From contig CAWEZH010000002.1 in NCBI GenBank assembly GCA_963813535.1, positions 640,001-704,000 of the forward strand: 64,000 nt of DNA, read 5' to 3'. The notes under the pieces are model-generated. The model was not told the origin of the DNA. It ran no database searches and saw only the letters and a list, made by a program, of their open reading frames with translations. A program made the position numbers and the translations under genes. This document shows, one piece after another, positions 10,506-20,748 of this stretch (its first letter is position 1; every line of letters begins with the position of its first letter). This stretch comes from an uncultured Chloroflexia bacterium (GTDB lineage Bacteria > Chloroflexota > Limnocylindria > Limnocylindrales > CSP1-4).

Positions 10506-10625
10506 TCCCACGCTCCGATCGGGCGAGACGCCCCAACGTCTGTAGGCCGCGGTCACGTTCGCGCCTTCCTGCGGGTCACCTATGTAACGACCCGGAACCT
10601 ATCGTCGCAGGAAGGAGATACGGAC

Positions 10626-11087
10626 ATGAACGTCATGACTGCGAGCACGGCTCGCGTACCGCGCCAGGTTTCGCTCTTCAGCCCGATCCTCAAGGTCCTC
10701 CTGGCCGCGGGCATCCCGCTGGGCTTCAACGGGCTGATCACCATCCGTGGCCGGAAGAGCGGCCTGCCGCGCACGACGCCCGTGGCGATCATCAAGGTCG
10801 GTGGCAGGCGATGGGTATGGGCCCCGTGGGGCGAGGTCCATTGGGTGCAGAACCTACGAGCGGCCGGCCGCGCGAGCATCACCGTTCGCCGCCGCGAGGA
10901 AGAGGTGACAGCGACCGAGCTGGATCCGAGTCAGCGTGTCGAGTTCTTCCGCGACGTCATGGCGCCGCTCGCGCGAAGCATCCCGTTCGGCTACTGGTTC
11001 ATCCGCGCCGTCGACGGCGTCGATCTCAAGCATCCGGAGGAGGCGGCCGAGGGTCGACGCGTGTTCGAACTGCATCCACTGCGCTGA
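10626..11087 (+). CDS. Deazaflavin (F420)-dependent nitroreductase family protein
   Basis: GRKSGLPRTTPV, WVQNLRA, VFEL; GGAAGGAG Shine-Dalgarno upstream. Confidence 0.82.
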   Translation: MNVMTASTARVPRQVSLFSPILKVLLAAGIPLGFNGLITIRGRKSGLPRTTPVAIIKVGGRRWVWAPWGEVHWVQNLRAAGRASITVRRREEEVTATELDPSQRVEFFRDVMAPLARSIPFGYWFIRAVDGVDLKHPEEAAEGRRVFELHPLR

Positions 11088-11177
11088 ACTGCGCTGTCAA
11101 ACGAGGCGGGCGCGCGCGTCGTGGTCGATCACTGAGCGGATACTGGGCCATCTCACGCGCCATGGAGAGGTTCGCCG

Positions 11178-11993
11178 ATGCCCATGTTCGAAGGCTCCCA
11201 AACGTCGATCGAGTACGCGCAGAACGGCGATGGGGCCGACATCGTCTGGGTGTCCGGCGGCGGTGATGCCCGCGATAGCTGGGACGCTTACCAACTGCCG
11301 CACTTCCGTCGATCGTTTCGGAATACCACCTTCACGAACCGTGGGATCGCCCCGACGACCTGTCGCCAGCCTCTGCCATGGACGATCGGGGATATGGCGC
11401 GCGACACGGCCGAGTTGATCGCCGCCGTTTGCGCGCCGCCCGTCGTGGTGGTCGGGCTGTCCATGGGCGCACTGATCGTGCAGCAGCTGGCCGTCGACCA
11501 TCCGGATCTCATCCGGGTGGGCATCGCCATGGGTGGCGGCGCGCGGTCCCATGGTTGGATCCGCTACTACATGCAGGCGGAGATCGACTACCGCGACGCC
11601 GGGGGGCGGCTCGACGGAGAGATGGCCGTGGCCCACTACGCCGCGAGCCTGTACCCGGCGCGCGTCCTGGGCGACCCGGTGCTGTGGCCAAGGATCCGGG
11701 ACGAGCTGTCGGCGTGGATCGAGACGGGCTCGAACGAGGAGTCGCTCATCGGTCAGTGGGACGCCTGCCAGACATTCGACGTAACCAGCAAGCTCCCATC
11801 CTGCACGGTCCCGCTCCACGTCTTCTCGTTCGCAGAGGACGTGCAGGCACCGCCGCAGTTCGGCCGGGAGGTAGCGGACCTATGCCCGACCTCCACGTAC
11901 CACCTGTTCGAGGGTATGGGTCATTGCTCGATCTATGGGCATGAGCACGAGCGCCTGAACGCCGAGATCGAGGCGATCGCTCGGCGGTATTGA
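11178..11993 (+). CDS. Alpha/beta fold hydrolase
   Basis: GLSMG nucleophile elbow, C-terminal GMGH. Confidence 0.85.
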   Translation: MPMFEGSQTSIEYAQNGDGADIVWVSGGGDARDSWDAYQLPHFRRSFRNTTFTNRGIAPTTCRQPLPWTIGDMARDTAELIAAVCAPPVVVVGLSMGALIVQQLAVDHPDLIRVGIAMGGGARSHGWIRYYMQAEIDYRDAGGRLDGEMAVAHYAASLYPARVLGDPVLWPRIRDELSAWIETGSNEESLIGQWDACQTFDVTSKLPSCTVPLHVFSFAEDVQAPPQFGREVADLCPTSTYHLFEGMGHCSIYGHEHERLNAEIEAIARRY

Positions 11994-12156
11994 CGCTCCG
12001 CGGGCGGCTGACGAGGCCCGGTCGGGCGCCGGCTGCAGCACAAACGCAAGACGCACGAGGCCTGATGCGGGTGCGACCGCCAAGGTCCTGTGGCTAGGGT
12101 CGGCGAACGAGCAAAGCCGACGCGTCGGCGATCCCGGAAGCGAGGTGAGAGCCGCG

Positions 12157-12327
12157 ATGCCGAAGAAGGAGCACCTGCCGAACGTGAGCGACAACGAGCA
12201 GAAGATGTACGAGCGCATCAAGCGGAGCGAGCGGGAGCAGGGCCGTTCGATGGAGCGCTCCAAGGCGATCGCTGCAGCGACCGTCGTGAAGCATCACAAC
12301 AAGAAGAAGCACTCCAGCGGCAAGTGA
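12157..12327 (+). CDS. Small basic protein (ChaB-like / 'plasmid stabilization'-type)
   Basis: YERIKRSEREQGRSMERSKAIAAATVVK pattern; GAGGTGA Shine-Dalgarno upstream. Confidence 0.6.
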   Translation: MPKKEHLPNVSDNEQKMYERIKRSEREQGRSMERSKAIAAATVVKHHNKKKHSSGK

Positions 12328-12350
12328 GCGGTCGTGACTGACCGGGGACG

Positions 12351-13373
12351 TCAGCGCCAGTCGGGGATGCCACCGAGGGCGCGGTCGATCCCGTCCGCAC
12401 GGAGCTCGAGTCGGCCGGTCCCGTCAGTACGAACGACGAAGAGCGCGTGGCCGGAGATCAGCAGGTACGTGCTGTCGGGCGACCACGCCACGAACTGACC
12501 GATCTCCGGTGAGACGCGACGCGGATCCGATCCATCGGCGTTCATCAGCCAGATGTCGTGGTACTCGTCGTTCTCGCCGGCCCGCCAGCATTCCTGATCG
12601 TCCGAGGCGAACCTGCAGTCGTCCCGTTCCGAGGTGAAGGCGATCGTCCTGCCGTCCGGTGACCAGACCGGCCAACCATCGGATCCGTGACTGTCCGTCA
12701 GCTGGTCGACCGCACCCGTTGCCAGATCCGCGACGTAGATCTCGTAGTCCGTTCCCTGGTGGCCCATATACGCGATCTTGGAGCCGTCAGGCGAGAACGA
12801 CGGGTATTCGACCCAGGCGTCAACGTCGATCTCGCGCAGGCCCGAGCCGTCCGGCTCGACGAGATAGCCGCGGATCGCACCACCACCCCGGTCCGAATTG
12901 AAGGCGATGGTCCGACCATCAGGCGACCAATCCGGTCCCCAGTCGTTCGATGGGTCGTTCGTGAGGTTCCGACGCTCGGAACCATCGGCACGTGCCACGA
13001 AGACCTCGTCGTCGTCGTTGATCCCACGCGTCGAGTCGCGGTAGACGACCCACTCGCCATCGGGCGACCAGGCGCCATCGAACTCCGAGCCGGCCTCTCC
13101 GGCGACCGTGACGACGTGTGAGCCGTCGACATCCATCGCGAAGACGTCCTCGAAGTCGTCGAAGACGATCCGCCCCGACAACGCGGAGAGCTCGATCGGC
13201 TCGCCGGTCGAGACTGGGGTCGTACCGGTATGGACGGTCCGGGAGGGGAGGGGAGCCGCCCTGGTCGCCCCAGCAGAGCCCGGCGTGGACGGAACGGCCG
13301 ACGGGCCCGGCGAGCCGCAGGCGGCCAGCGAGACCACGAGGACGAGGGCTGTCGCGTGTCGGTGGCGCTGCAC
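12351..13373 (-). CDS. TolB-like PD40/beta-propeller lipoprotein
   Basis: Lipobox LAAC; repeated WSPDG/FSPDG units. Confidence 0.85.
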   Translation of the reverse strand: MQRHRHATALVLVVSLAACGSPGPSAVPSTPGSAGATRAAPLPSRTVHTGTTPVSTGEPIELSALSGRIVFDDFEDVFAMDVDGSHVVTVAGEAGSEFDGAWSPDGEWVVYRDSTRGINDDDEVFVARADGSERRNLTNDPSNDWGPDWSPDGRTIAFNSDRGGGAIRGYLVEPDGSGLREIDVDAWVEYPSFSPDGSKIAYMGHQGTDYEIYVADLATGAVDQLTDSHGSDGWPVWSPDGRTIAFTSERDDCRFASDDQECWRAGENDEYHDIWLMNADGSDPRRVSPEIGQFVAWSPDSTYLLISGHALFVVRTDGTGRLELRADGIDRALGGIPDWR

Positions 13374-13469
13374 GTGCGTTCTACGTCCTGCGGCGCGTAT
13401 CGGTTCCCCGGAACGGGTGGAAGTGGGCATCCGAGGACAGTACGCACGAAATCCGCTGGAAAAACAGAA

Positions 13470-13496
13470 TGTCGAAAGCGACGCAGGCCAGTCGTA
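13470..13496 (+). promoter_or_regulatory. ECF sigma-type promoter (ECF42-like TGTCGA-N17-CGTA)
   Basis: TGTCGA at 13470 and CGTA at 13493, ~50 nt upstream of a DGPF/YciI gene, the known target class of ECF42 sigma factors. Confidence 0.5.
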
Positions 13497-13544
13497 GACG
13501 ACATAGGACGGCGGGGTCGGCCCGCCGAGCACAGGAGCACCACG

Positions 13545-13916
13545 ATGACCCAATACATGTTGTCGGTCCATATGGCGGATGAGCCGTCACACGAGCCCAT
13601 GACGGAGGAGCAGCAGCGCGCGGGTTACGCGAAGATCGCCGGACTGGAGGCCGATATGGAGGAGGCGGGCGCACTCCTGTACTCGGCGCGTCTAACCAGC
13701 GCGTCCGAGGCGAAGGTCGTTCGCAAGCCGAAGGGCCGGATCCGCCAGACGGACGGGCCGTTCATCGAGACGAAGGAGAACCTCGGCGGGTTCTACCTCC
13801 TCGAGGCGCCCGACCTCGACGCGGCGCTCGGTTGGGCATCACGCGTCTCGGAAGCGATCGACGCACCGATCGAGGTCAGGCCGCTCGCGGGCGGTCGAGC
13901 AGGGCGCAAAGCCTAG
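13545..13916 (+). CDS. YciI/DGPF family protein
   Basis: TDGPFIETKENLGGFY, IEVRP. Confidence 0.9.
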   Translation: MTQYMLSVHMADEPSHEPMTEEQQRAGYAKIAGLEADMEEAGALLYSARLTSASEAKVVRKPKGRIRQTDGPFIETKENLGGFYLLEAPDLDAALGWASRVSEAIDAPIEVRPLAGGRAGRKA

Positions 13917-13993
13917 ACCCGTCGGGACAGCCGGCGGTCGTTGTCAGACCGCCGGCTACTTCGGTGGTATGGCCGCGGGGTATCGTGAGCCAC

Positions 13994-14494
13994 ATGTCAG
14001 AGACACCGGCGAAGCCCTTCCTTCCGCCTCGGTGGGTCGTTCGGGCCGCCTGGGCCGCGCACCGGGCGATCTATCGGCTCACCGGAGGCCGGCGCGGTCT
14101 CGGACCGCCGACGGAGACGTCGTACGGAACGATGCGCCTCCACACGATCGGCCGACGGAGTGGGCAGACCCGCATGGCGATGCTTGGGTACTTCGAGGAC
14201 GGTCCGAACCTCTACACGCTCGCGATGAACGGGTGGGGCGAGCCGGAACCGGCATGGTGGCTCAACCTCCAGGCGACTCCCGACGTGACGATCGACCTGC
14301 GCGACGGTCCGCGCCGATTCCATGCGCGAGAGGCGACGGGCGACGAGCGCACCCGCCTGTGGGCCGCTATGGCGCAGGTCAACTCGAATCTCGATGCGTA
14401 CGCTACGCGTCGACCGCGGGGTACGGCCGTGGTCGTCTTCGAGCCCCGATCGGATCCGGCACCGACCGCGCCGGACGACGCTCGCTCGGGCTAG
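13994..14494 (+). CDS. Deazaflavin (F420)-dependent nitroreductase family protein
   Basis: LHTIGRRSG, PAWWLNLQATP, VVVFEP. Confidence 0.85.
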   Translation: MSETPAKPFLPPRWVVRAAWAAHRAIYRLTGGRRGLGPPTETSYGTMRLHTIGRRSGQTRMAMLGYFEDGPNLYTLAMNGWGEPEPAWWLNLQATPDVTIDLRDGPRRFHAREATGDERTRLWAAMAQVNSNLDAYATRRPRGTAVVVFEPRSDPAPTAPDDARSG

Positions 14495-14507
14495 CCCTGG
14501 CTGTGGA

Positions 14508-14957
14508 TCAGACCCGGTCTACGACGGTTTGGGCCGCTTCCCGCTCCGCCAGCCGCGCGAACTTCTCGAGCTCACCGCGAAAGCTGCCCTCGTAGGAGCC
14601 GCGCGAGAACACCCATGAGGAGATCGCCGAGAACCAGCCGACCGTCGCGAAGTCCTGGGTGATGCGCGTCCCGTGGCCATCGGGCTCGAACGTCGCGCTC
14701 GACACGCCCCGAAGCACCCAGCTGCCGAAGCGCGTCGCGAAGCGGCACGGCGGATCGGCCTCGAGGACCTCCGTCGGGCTCTTGACGGGACCGAAGTGGA
14801 CGACGTACGTCGTACCGACCCGATCGATCGGTCCGGAGAGGCTGCTCACGCCCGTGACCCCGCCGACCCACTCGCCCATCCGCTCGACGTCCGTCCAGAG
14901 CGCGAAGACGTGCGCGGGTGATGCGGCGACATGGGTGGAGATCGTGTAGTGGGCCAC
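14508..14957 (-). CDS. SRPBCC/START-like protein
   Basis: VAASPAHVFALWTD...EW, GTRIT, C-terminal helix. Confidence 0.8.
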   Translation of the reverse strand: MAHYTISTHVAASPAHVFALWTDVERMGEWVGGVTGVSSLSGPIDRVGTTYVVHFGPVKSPTEVLEADPPCRFATRFGSWVLRGVSSATFEPDGHGTRITQDFATVGWFSAISSWVFSRGSYEGSFRGELEKFARLAEREAAQTVVDRV

Positions 14958-15004
14958 GGGTGGCGCCCATTCTGCACAGCCGGTGGCGCCTCTACCATTC
15001 GCGG

Positions 15005-16516
15005 ATGGATGATCGCGACGGCGCGCAGCCGGCTCCGCCGCTCTCGCCGCTCGTCGCCGCCCTCCTGACGTTCATCGCCACGGCGAGCGTGCTCGTCCTC
15101 GAGATCGCCGCCGGGCGGCTCCTGGCGCCATACGTGGGCGTGTCGCTCACGACCTACACCGGGATCATCGGCGCGATCCTGGCCGGCATCGCCCTGGGCG
15201 CCTGGATCGGCGGGAAGGCTGCCGACACCGTCGGGCCGCTATCGCTCCTGGGGCCAGCGTTCATCCTCGGCGGTCTCAGCGCCATCGCCGCGGTGCCGAT
15301 CGTCGGAGTGATCGGAGGCATCGGGGTGGGGGAGGGGCTGTTCGGGATCGTCGTCCTCGCGACGACCGCGTTCGTCGTCCCGGCGGCCATCCTCTCGGCC
15401 ACGGCGCCGATGCTCGTCCGCGGCACGCTGACCGACCTCGCCACCAGCGGTTCGATCGTCGGCCGGTTGTCGGCCGTCGGGACGGTCGGCGCCATCACGG
15501 GCACGTTCCTGACCGGCTTCGTGCTGCTCGGCCTGTTCCCCACCCGCGTGCTGATCGTCGCGATCGGTGCCGGGCTGGCGGTCATCGGCGTCGCACTGAC
15601 CCTATGGCTTCGAAGCGGGGGCAGGGGACCGGCGGCGATCGCGATAGGCGCCGTCCTCCTGACCGGCGGGCTCGCCGTGGCCCAGCCGTCCCCGTGCGAA
15701 ATCGAGAGCGCCTACTACTGCATCGCCATCCGTCGCGACGCCGCCGACCCGGACATCCGGGTGCTCGTGCTCGACCGACTCACCCACGCCGCCGTCGACC
15801 TGCGCGACCCGACCGACCTCGAGTTCGGCTACGTGCGGCGGTTCGCGGACGCCACGGCGCCGCTCCGCGCCACCCTGGGCACTTCGCAGGACACCCTGCA
15901 CATCGGTGGCGGCGGGTTCACGTTCCCGCGCTACATCGAGGCCATGCATCCGGACGCTCGGCAGACCGTGCTCGAGCTCGATCCCCGCATCTACGAGATC
16001 GCACGGTCGGAGCTCGGGTACGTGCCGAGCGACCGCATCGACGTGCGACTGGGTGACGCGCGACAGTCGATCCGGGCCCTCCCGTCGGATGCCTTCGACA
16101 TCGTGGTCGGCGATGCCTTCGGCGGGCTCGCCGTGCCGTGGCATCTCACGACGACCGAGTTCATCGGCGAGGTGGAGCGTGTGCTCCGCCCGGGCGGCAT
16201 GTACGTCGCGAACCTCATCGACTACCCGCCGCTGCGCTTCGTCCGGGCCGAGGCAGCCACGCTGGCGAACGCCTTCTCCAACGTGGCGGTCCTCGCCAAC
16301 CGCCGGACGATCGAGGGAGAGGGCGGCGGCAACCTCGTGCTCGTGGCGAGCGATACGCCGGTCGATAGGGCAGGGGTGGAGGCGGCCATCGCGACCTGGG
16401 GCGAAGGTTCGACGACGGCCGTCCTCACTGCCCGTGTTGAGGTGTCGACGTTCATCGACGGGTCAGTCGCGCTCACCGACGACTTCGCGCCGGTCGACCA
16501 GCTCCTCGGGCGCTAA
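15005..16516 (+). CDS. Fused membrane (MFS-like)/spermidine synthase-like SAM-dependent protein
   Basis: LVLEIAAGRLLAPY, 7 hydrophobic helices, HIGGGG, ELDP, GDAR, DAF, LTDDFAPV. Confidence 0.88.
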   Translation: MDDRDGAQPAPPLSPLVAALLTFIATASVLVLEIAAGRLLAPYVGVSLTTYTGIIGAILAGIALGAWIGGKAADTVGPLSLLGPAFILGGLSAIAAVPIVGVIGGIGVGEGLFGIVVLATTAFVVPAAILSATAPMLVRGTLTDLATSGSIVGRLSAVGTVGAITGTFLTGFVLLGLFPTRVLIVAIGAGLAVIGVALTLWLRSGGRGPAAIAIGAVLLTGGLAVAQPSPCEIESAYYCIAIRRDAADPDIRVLVLDRLTHAAVDLRDPTDLEFGYVRRFADATAPLRATLGTSQDTLHIGGGGFTFPRYIEAMHPDARQTVLELDPRIYEIARSELGYVPSDRIDVRLGDARQSIRALPSDAFDIVVGDAFGGLAVPWHLTTTEFIGEVERVLRPGGMYVANLIDYPPLRFVRAEAATLANAFSNVAVLANRRTIEGEGGGNLVLVASDTPVDRAGVEAAIATWGEGSTTAVLTARVEVSTFIDGSVALTDDFAPVDQLLGR

Positions 16517-16558
16517 GGTGTGTTAACAAAGTCCGGTGCGCAGAGCCAAGGGACGGGC

Positions 16559-16984
16559 ATGAGCAGCGACGCAAACAGGATCGAAGAGCACCTCCGGGCG
16601 GCCTCTGACGCGATCCTTCTGCTGTTGACCGAGGTCGGTCAGCTCGAGCGACACAAGCGCGGCATCCCGCCGGGGGAGGCTCGGTTCGACGAGGTGGCGC
16701 GATCCGTCCGCGTGGTGGCGCAGGCGCTGGCGCAGTTCACCGAGTACGAGGAGACGTGGGCCCGCATCGCCACGGACGGCAGGACCGACATCGAACCGAT
16801 CTCGAAGTCGGAGAACACGCCGACGACCGCCGCGATCCTCGAGCGCTGGCGAGCGATCGAACGGCAGCTCGATGACATGGAACCAGGCTCGCCCGAGTCG
16901 GCACGATTGTTCGCCGAGTTCGAGCGCCTGCGGGACGAGTACCTGGCCATCTTCAAGGAGCGCCAAGCGAACGACCCGGAGTAG
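16559..16984 (+). CDS. Hypothetical helical protein
   Basis: Clean 141-aa ORF with high-GC codon usage between flanking genes. Confidence 0.65.
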   Translation: MSSDANRIEEHLRAASDAILLLLTEVGQLERHKRGIPPGEARFDEVARSVRVVAQALAQFTEYEETWARIATDGRTDIEPISKSENTPTTAAILERWRAIERQLDDMEPGSPESARLFAEFERLRDEYLAIFKERQANDPE

Positions 16985-17049
16985 GGCGAGGACGCGGGCC
17001 GGACCTGGCGCAAGGATCTCGACTACACCTTCGATCGAAGGCTCGGCGC

Positions 17050-17709
17050 CTAAGCCTGCGAGAAGTCGGCCGTCGAGGGGATCACCGCGGGCGGGGTCCC
17101 CACGACGATCACGATCACCTTCTGGTCGGTGAGTTCGATTGCACCCCGGTCCCCCTCGTAGGGCTCGCCGCCGATGTACACCGCGATCGGCGTCGGCGCG
17201 CAGTGCTCCCCGACGCAGGTCTCGCTGAGCTCGACGCCCCACTCGGTGAAGAACTGACCGAGGGTGTGCGGCTCCGGCTTCGACGACTCGGTGTGAAGGA
17301 TCCCCGACTCGTCGTGCGTGTGGAGCGGTGAGATGCACGGCTGGGCGCACATCTCGATGCCGCCGTAGCCGAGCGGGTTCTCGAATGTTCGGACGTCGGG
17401 GTCCTCGATGTTGATCCCGATGCCCGCCGGCACCAGGATCGCCTTGCCGTCGATGAACACGTCCAGGTGGGCGTGGGCGTGGTTGACCAGGAACTCCTTT
17501 GGCGCGGGCTCAAGACCGGCCTCGACCGTGCGCTCGAGCGGATCCGACGGCGCGGGCCAGAGGAGGGTCGGTGGTCCGGCAGCCGGCGATGCCGCCGCGG
17601 CGCTCGGAGTCTGCGGGGCAGCCGACCCGGCGCTCCCGCCGCACGAGGCGGCGACGAGAACGGCGCCGCCGATAGCGATCGTGCGCGCCAGGGTCAGCGG
17701 CGTTCGCAT
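17050..17709 (-). CDS. Lipoprotein with His-rich putative metal-binding motifs
   Basis: Lipobox AASC; HAHAHLD, VPAGIGI, PLHTHD..GILH. Confidence 0.75.
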   Translation of the reverse strand: MRTPLTLARTIAIGGAVLVAASCGGSAGSAAPQTPSAAAASPAAGPPTLLWPAPSDPLERTVEAGLEPAPKEFLVNHAHAHLDVFIDGKAILVPAGIGINIEDPDVRTFENPLGYGGIEMCAQPCISPLHTHDESGILHTESSKPEPHTLGQFFTEWGVELSETCVGEHCAPTPIAVYIGGEPYEGDRGAIELTDQKVIVIVVGTPPAVIPSTADFSQA

Positions 17710-17815
17710 GAACGGTTCCCTCCGAGCAGTCCTACGTCCCGGGGCACACTACGTCGTCTGGCAGGTGGGCGGGGCGTGATTCAGCGGGGTTCGGGGCTGG
17801 ACTAATCTGACCGCG

Positions 17816-19063
17816 ATGCACGTTCGCTCGGTCGAGGGCGAGGAGCGGGTGACGCCGCTCGAGCTGTTCTTCGACCTCGTCTTCGTCTTCGCCCTCACGC
17901 AGGTCACGGGGTTCCTCGCCGCGAACGAAAGTGGGGAAGGGCTGGTTCGGGGCGGGCTCTTGCTCGCCGCGCTGTGGTGGGCATGGACGGCGTATGCCTG
18001 GCTGACGAACACCCTCGATCCCGAGGAAGGTGCCGTTCGTCTGGCGATGTTCGCTTCGGCGGGCGCCATGCTGATCGTCGCCCTCGCGACACCGGCGGCG
18101 TTCGGCGCCGAGGCTCTCGTGTTCGGTGTCGCCTATTTCTTCGTCCGTGCCCTTCACCTCGTCCTCTACGCGATCGCCAGCGGCGACGACCCGGAGCTGC
18201 ATGCGGCCGTCCTCCGATTCGTACCGGGCGCCGTACTCGGACCGTCGCTTCTCGTGGTCGCCAGCTTCTTCGACGGGCCGGTCGAGCTCGCGCTGTGGGC
18301 CGCGGCCTTGACGATCGACTACCTCAGCGCATTGCTGGGTCGAGGTCGCGGCTGGCGCCTGTCGCCGGCGCATTTCGTCGAGCGCCATGGGCTGATCATC
18401 ATCATCGCCCTGGGCGAGTCCATCGTCGCCACCGGGGTCGGCGCGGCCGGGCTGCCGCTCGACGCCCCGAGGATCGCGGCCGCTCTGCTAGGCATGGTCG
18501 TCGCCGCGGCGCTGTGGTGGTCCTACTTCGACTGGGTCATCTTCATCTCGGAGGCGAGGATCAGGGAGGCGACCGGTGCCGAGCGCGCGGACCTCGCGCG
18601 CGACCTCTTCTCGTACCTCCACATGCCGATGGTCTTCGGCATCGTCCTCTTTGCGCTCGGCATGAAGGCGACCCTTGGCCATGTCGAGGAGCCGCTGGGG
18701 ATCATCCCAGCCATCGGCCTGTGCGGAGGTCTGGCGCTGTACATGGCCGCGCACGTCGCCCTGCGGCTGCGGATCGGCGGCGGCTGGGGTCATGGTCGGC
18801 CGGTGGCGACGATCGTGCTGCTCGCCCTCATCCCGGTCGCCACCGTGGTGCCGGCGCTCGTTTCGCTCGCCCTTGCTGCCGCCGTTTGCACGACATTGAT
18901 CGCGTACGAAGCCCTTCGGTATCGGTACGCGCGCACATGGATCCGGGGCCATCGCGGTGAGTTCACGATGGAGGAGGTCGCACGCTACGCAGGTCCTGGG
19001 GGCGCACCATCCAACGCTCAGGAGGCCTCGACAGATCCGAACACCGATCGCCCTGCCGGGTAG
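17816..19063 (+). CDS. ltrA: Low temperature requirement protein A family membrane protein
   Basis: LELFFDLVFVFA, HFVERHGLIIIIALGE, LWWSYF, YLH. Confidence 0.9.
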   Translation: MHVRSVEGEERVTPLELFFDLVFVFALTQVTGFLAANESGEGLVRGGLLLAALWWAWTAYAWLTNTLDPEEGAVRLAMFASAGAMLIVALATPAAFGAEALVFGVAYFFVRALHLVLYAIASGDDPELHAAVLRFVPGAVLGPSLLVVASFFDGPVELALWAAALTIDYLSALLGRGRGWRLSPAHFVERHGLIIIIALGESIVATGVGAAGLPLDAPRIAAALLGMVVAAALWWSYFDWVIFISEARIREATGAERADLARDLFSYLHMPMVFGIVLFALGMKATLGHVEEPLGIIPAIGLCGGLALYMAAHVALRLRIGGGWGHGRPVATIVLLALIPVATVVPALVSLALAAAVCTTLIAYEALRYRYARTWIRGHRGEFTMEEVARYAGPGGAPSNAQEASTDPNTDRPAG

Positions 19064-19088
19064 CGCCGGGCCTCGTCGTGACCGGCAG

Positions 19089-19649
19089 TCAGCCGTCGGT
19101 CTCGGGCGCCTCCATACGCTCGAGAAGGGCCAGCGTCGTCTGCCAGCTGCGAATCGTCATCGACTTGTACGGCGGCGTCCCGACGATCTTCCCGAGCCGG
19201 CTTTTAGTCCGTTCCGCGCTCAGCCGCTGGGAGTAGATCACGCCGGTTCCCGGCCACACCTCATCGACGCCGGACCGCGGGTCGAAGACCTTCATCGCCG
19301 TCCGGGCGTCGATACCCATGAGGAAGACCGCGTCGCTGTGGTACGTCTCCGGATGGTCGCCGAAGCCCTTCGGTCGCTTCCGGACCACAGCGCGAAGCTG
19401 GGCCAGCGTCAGGACCAGCACCGCGATCAGCTCGCTATCGAGCTTGAACGTCTTGGGCAGCGCTTCCTCGAGCTCTCGCTTGATCGCGGCCGCGGACTGA
19501 TCGGATGTCAGGATGACGTTGCCGCTGGCGATGTAGGTCGAGACCTTCGTGTGGCCGTGCGATTCGAGAAGCTCGCGCAGGGCCGCCATCGGCACCTTGT
19601 TCTTGCCGCCGACGTTGATCCCGCGCAGAAGGACGAGGTATCGGGTCAT
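19089..19649 (-). CDS. DUF1697 domain protein
   Basis: LLRGINVGG, TYIASGN, TIRSW. Confidence 0.88.
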   Translation of the reverse strand: MTRYLVLLRGINVGGKNKVPMAALRELLESHGHTKVSTYIASGNVILTSDQSAAAIKRELEEALPKTFKLDSELIAVLVLTLAQLRAVVRKRPKGFGDHPETYHSDAVFLMGIDARTAMKVFDPRSGVDEVWPGTGVIYSQRLSAERTKSRLGKIVGTPPYKSMTIRSWQTTLALLERMEAPETDG

Positions 19650-19691
19650 CGTGGGCAGGAGGATGTCACGCGGCTCGCCGACGAGTCCGGC

Positions 19692-20159
19692 TCAGCGTTT
19701 GCCGAAACCGGGCATGGCCGCGGCTTGCTCCATCCAGGACGAGAGCTGGCGTTCATCGATGTCGTCCACCGATTCGAGGTCGACGCCGCGCGAGGCCTTG
19801 CCCATCCCGATCGGCGTCACCGGCGGTACAGGGGTCAGGGACGTGCCGCGCCCGAACGTGAGCTTGACGTGGCCCTCGAAGCCGCCGCACGAAAAGCACC
19901 AACCGTCGCCGACGCCATACCAGGCCATACCCCATTTCACGGAGCGCTGCAGGTCCGGTAGCGTCTTGGCCGCGAGGGCATCGACGCGTTCGGCGATGGA
20001 GCGTTGCGGCTGCGGCAAGCTGCCGATGTAGGCGAAGACCGGCTTGTCGCCAATTGCGGCCTTGGCGGGGCTTGCCCTCCCAGTCATGGCGGCCGGCAGC
20101 GTCGTGAGGACGTCGCCGTGCTCGGCGGTTCGCTTGGTGGGCTTGCGCGCCTGGACCAT
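19692..20159 (-). CDS. DUF1801/YdhG-like protein
   Basis: YIGSLP..QR, VKWGMAWY, HVKLTFGRG. Confidence 0.8.
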   Translation of the reverse strand: MVQARKPTKRTAEHGDVLTTLPAAMTGRASPAKAAIGDKPVFAYIGSLPQPQRSIAERVDALAAKTLPDLQRSVKWGMAWYGVGDGWCFSCGGFEGHVKLTFGRGTSLTPVPPVTPIGMGKASRGVDLESVDDIDERQLSSWMEQAAAMPGFGKR

Positions 20160-20693
20160 CTACGCCTCCGCTAGTTGCCCCCGCATGAGCGCTCGCCCAG
20201 TGTCGATCGCCCAGATCGGGAAGCCGAAATAGAACGCACCAAGGAGTCCGTTGCGCAGACCGTTGGGCAGGACGCCAGCCCGGCGAGCCAGGTACCCGGT
20301 ACCGACCATCCACACGCCGACCGCAAGGAGTGACAGCGACACCATGCCGATCTGCTGATCGAACGCCAGTGCACCCGTGACGAGCAACCACTGAAGGACG
20401 ATCGTGACGAAGATGCCGAGCGCGCCGACCACCGCGAGCAAGAGACTTCGGACGCCTCCCGTCTCGCGCACCAGGACGTACATCGTGGGAATCACGGGCA
20501 GTACCAGCCCGTAGGCGACGATCGCCAGGGCATCGTTGACCGTTCCGATCCGGAGCGCCGTCTGGCGGACACTCGGCCCAAGCGCGAATCCGACGTACAT
20601 GGCGACGAGCGTCGCCACCATCGCAATCCCGACGACCCCGCCCGCCACAGCCAGGGCGCCTGCCACGGTGAAGGTCCGCTCCCGCACCCTCAC
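20160..20693 (-). CDS. Hypothetical multi-pass membrane protein
   Basis: About 5 hydrophobic segments; GTVND motif. Confidence 0.65.
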   Translation of the reverse strand: MRVRERTFTVAGALAVAGGVVGIAMVATLVAMYVGFALGPSVRQTALRIGTVNDALAIVAYGLVLPVIPTMYVLVRETGGVRSLLLAVVGALGIFVTIVLQWLLVTGALAFDQQIGMVSLSLLAVGVWMVGTGYLARRAGVLPNGLRNGLLGAFYFGFPIWAIDTGRALMRGQLAEA

Positions 20694-20748
20694 ATTGTGA
20701 GGCAACCGAGGACTCGAGTGAGGCGATCCGGCGTGCACTCTCGCGTTG

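Noticed and set aside
12008-12040. Hammerhead ribozyme-like CTGACGA followed by a hairpin
   Set aside because: The required GAAA after stem II and the flanking stems are missing.
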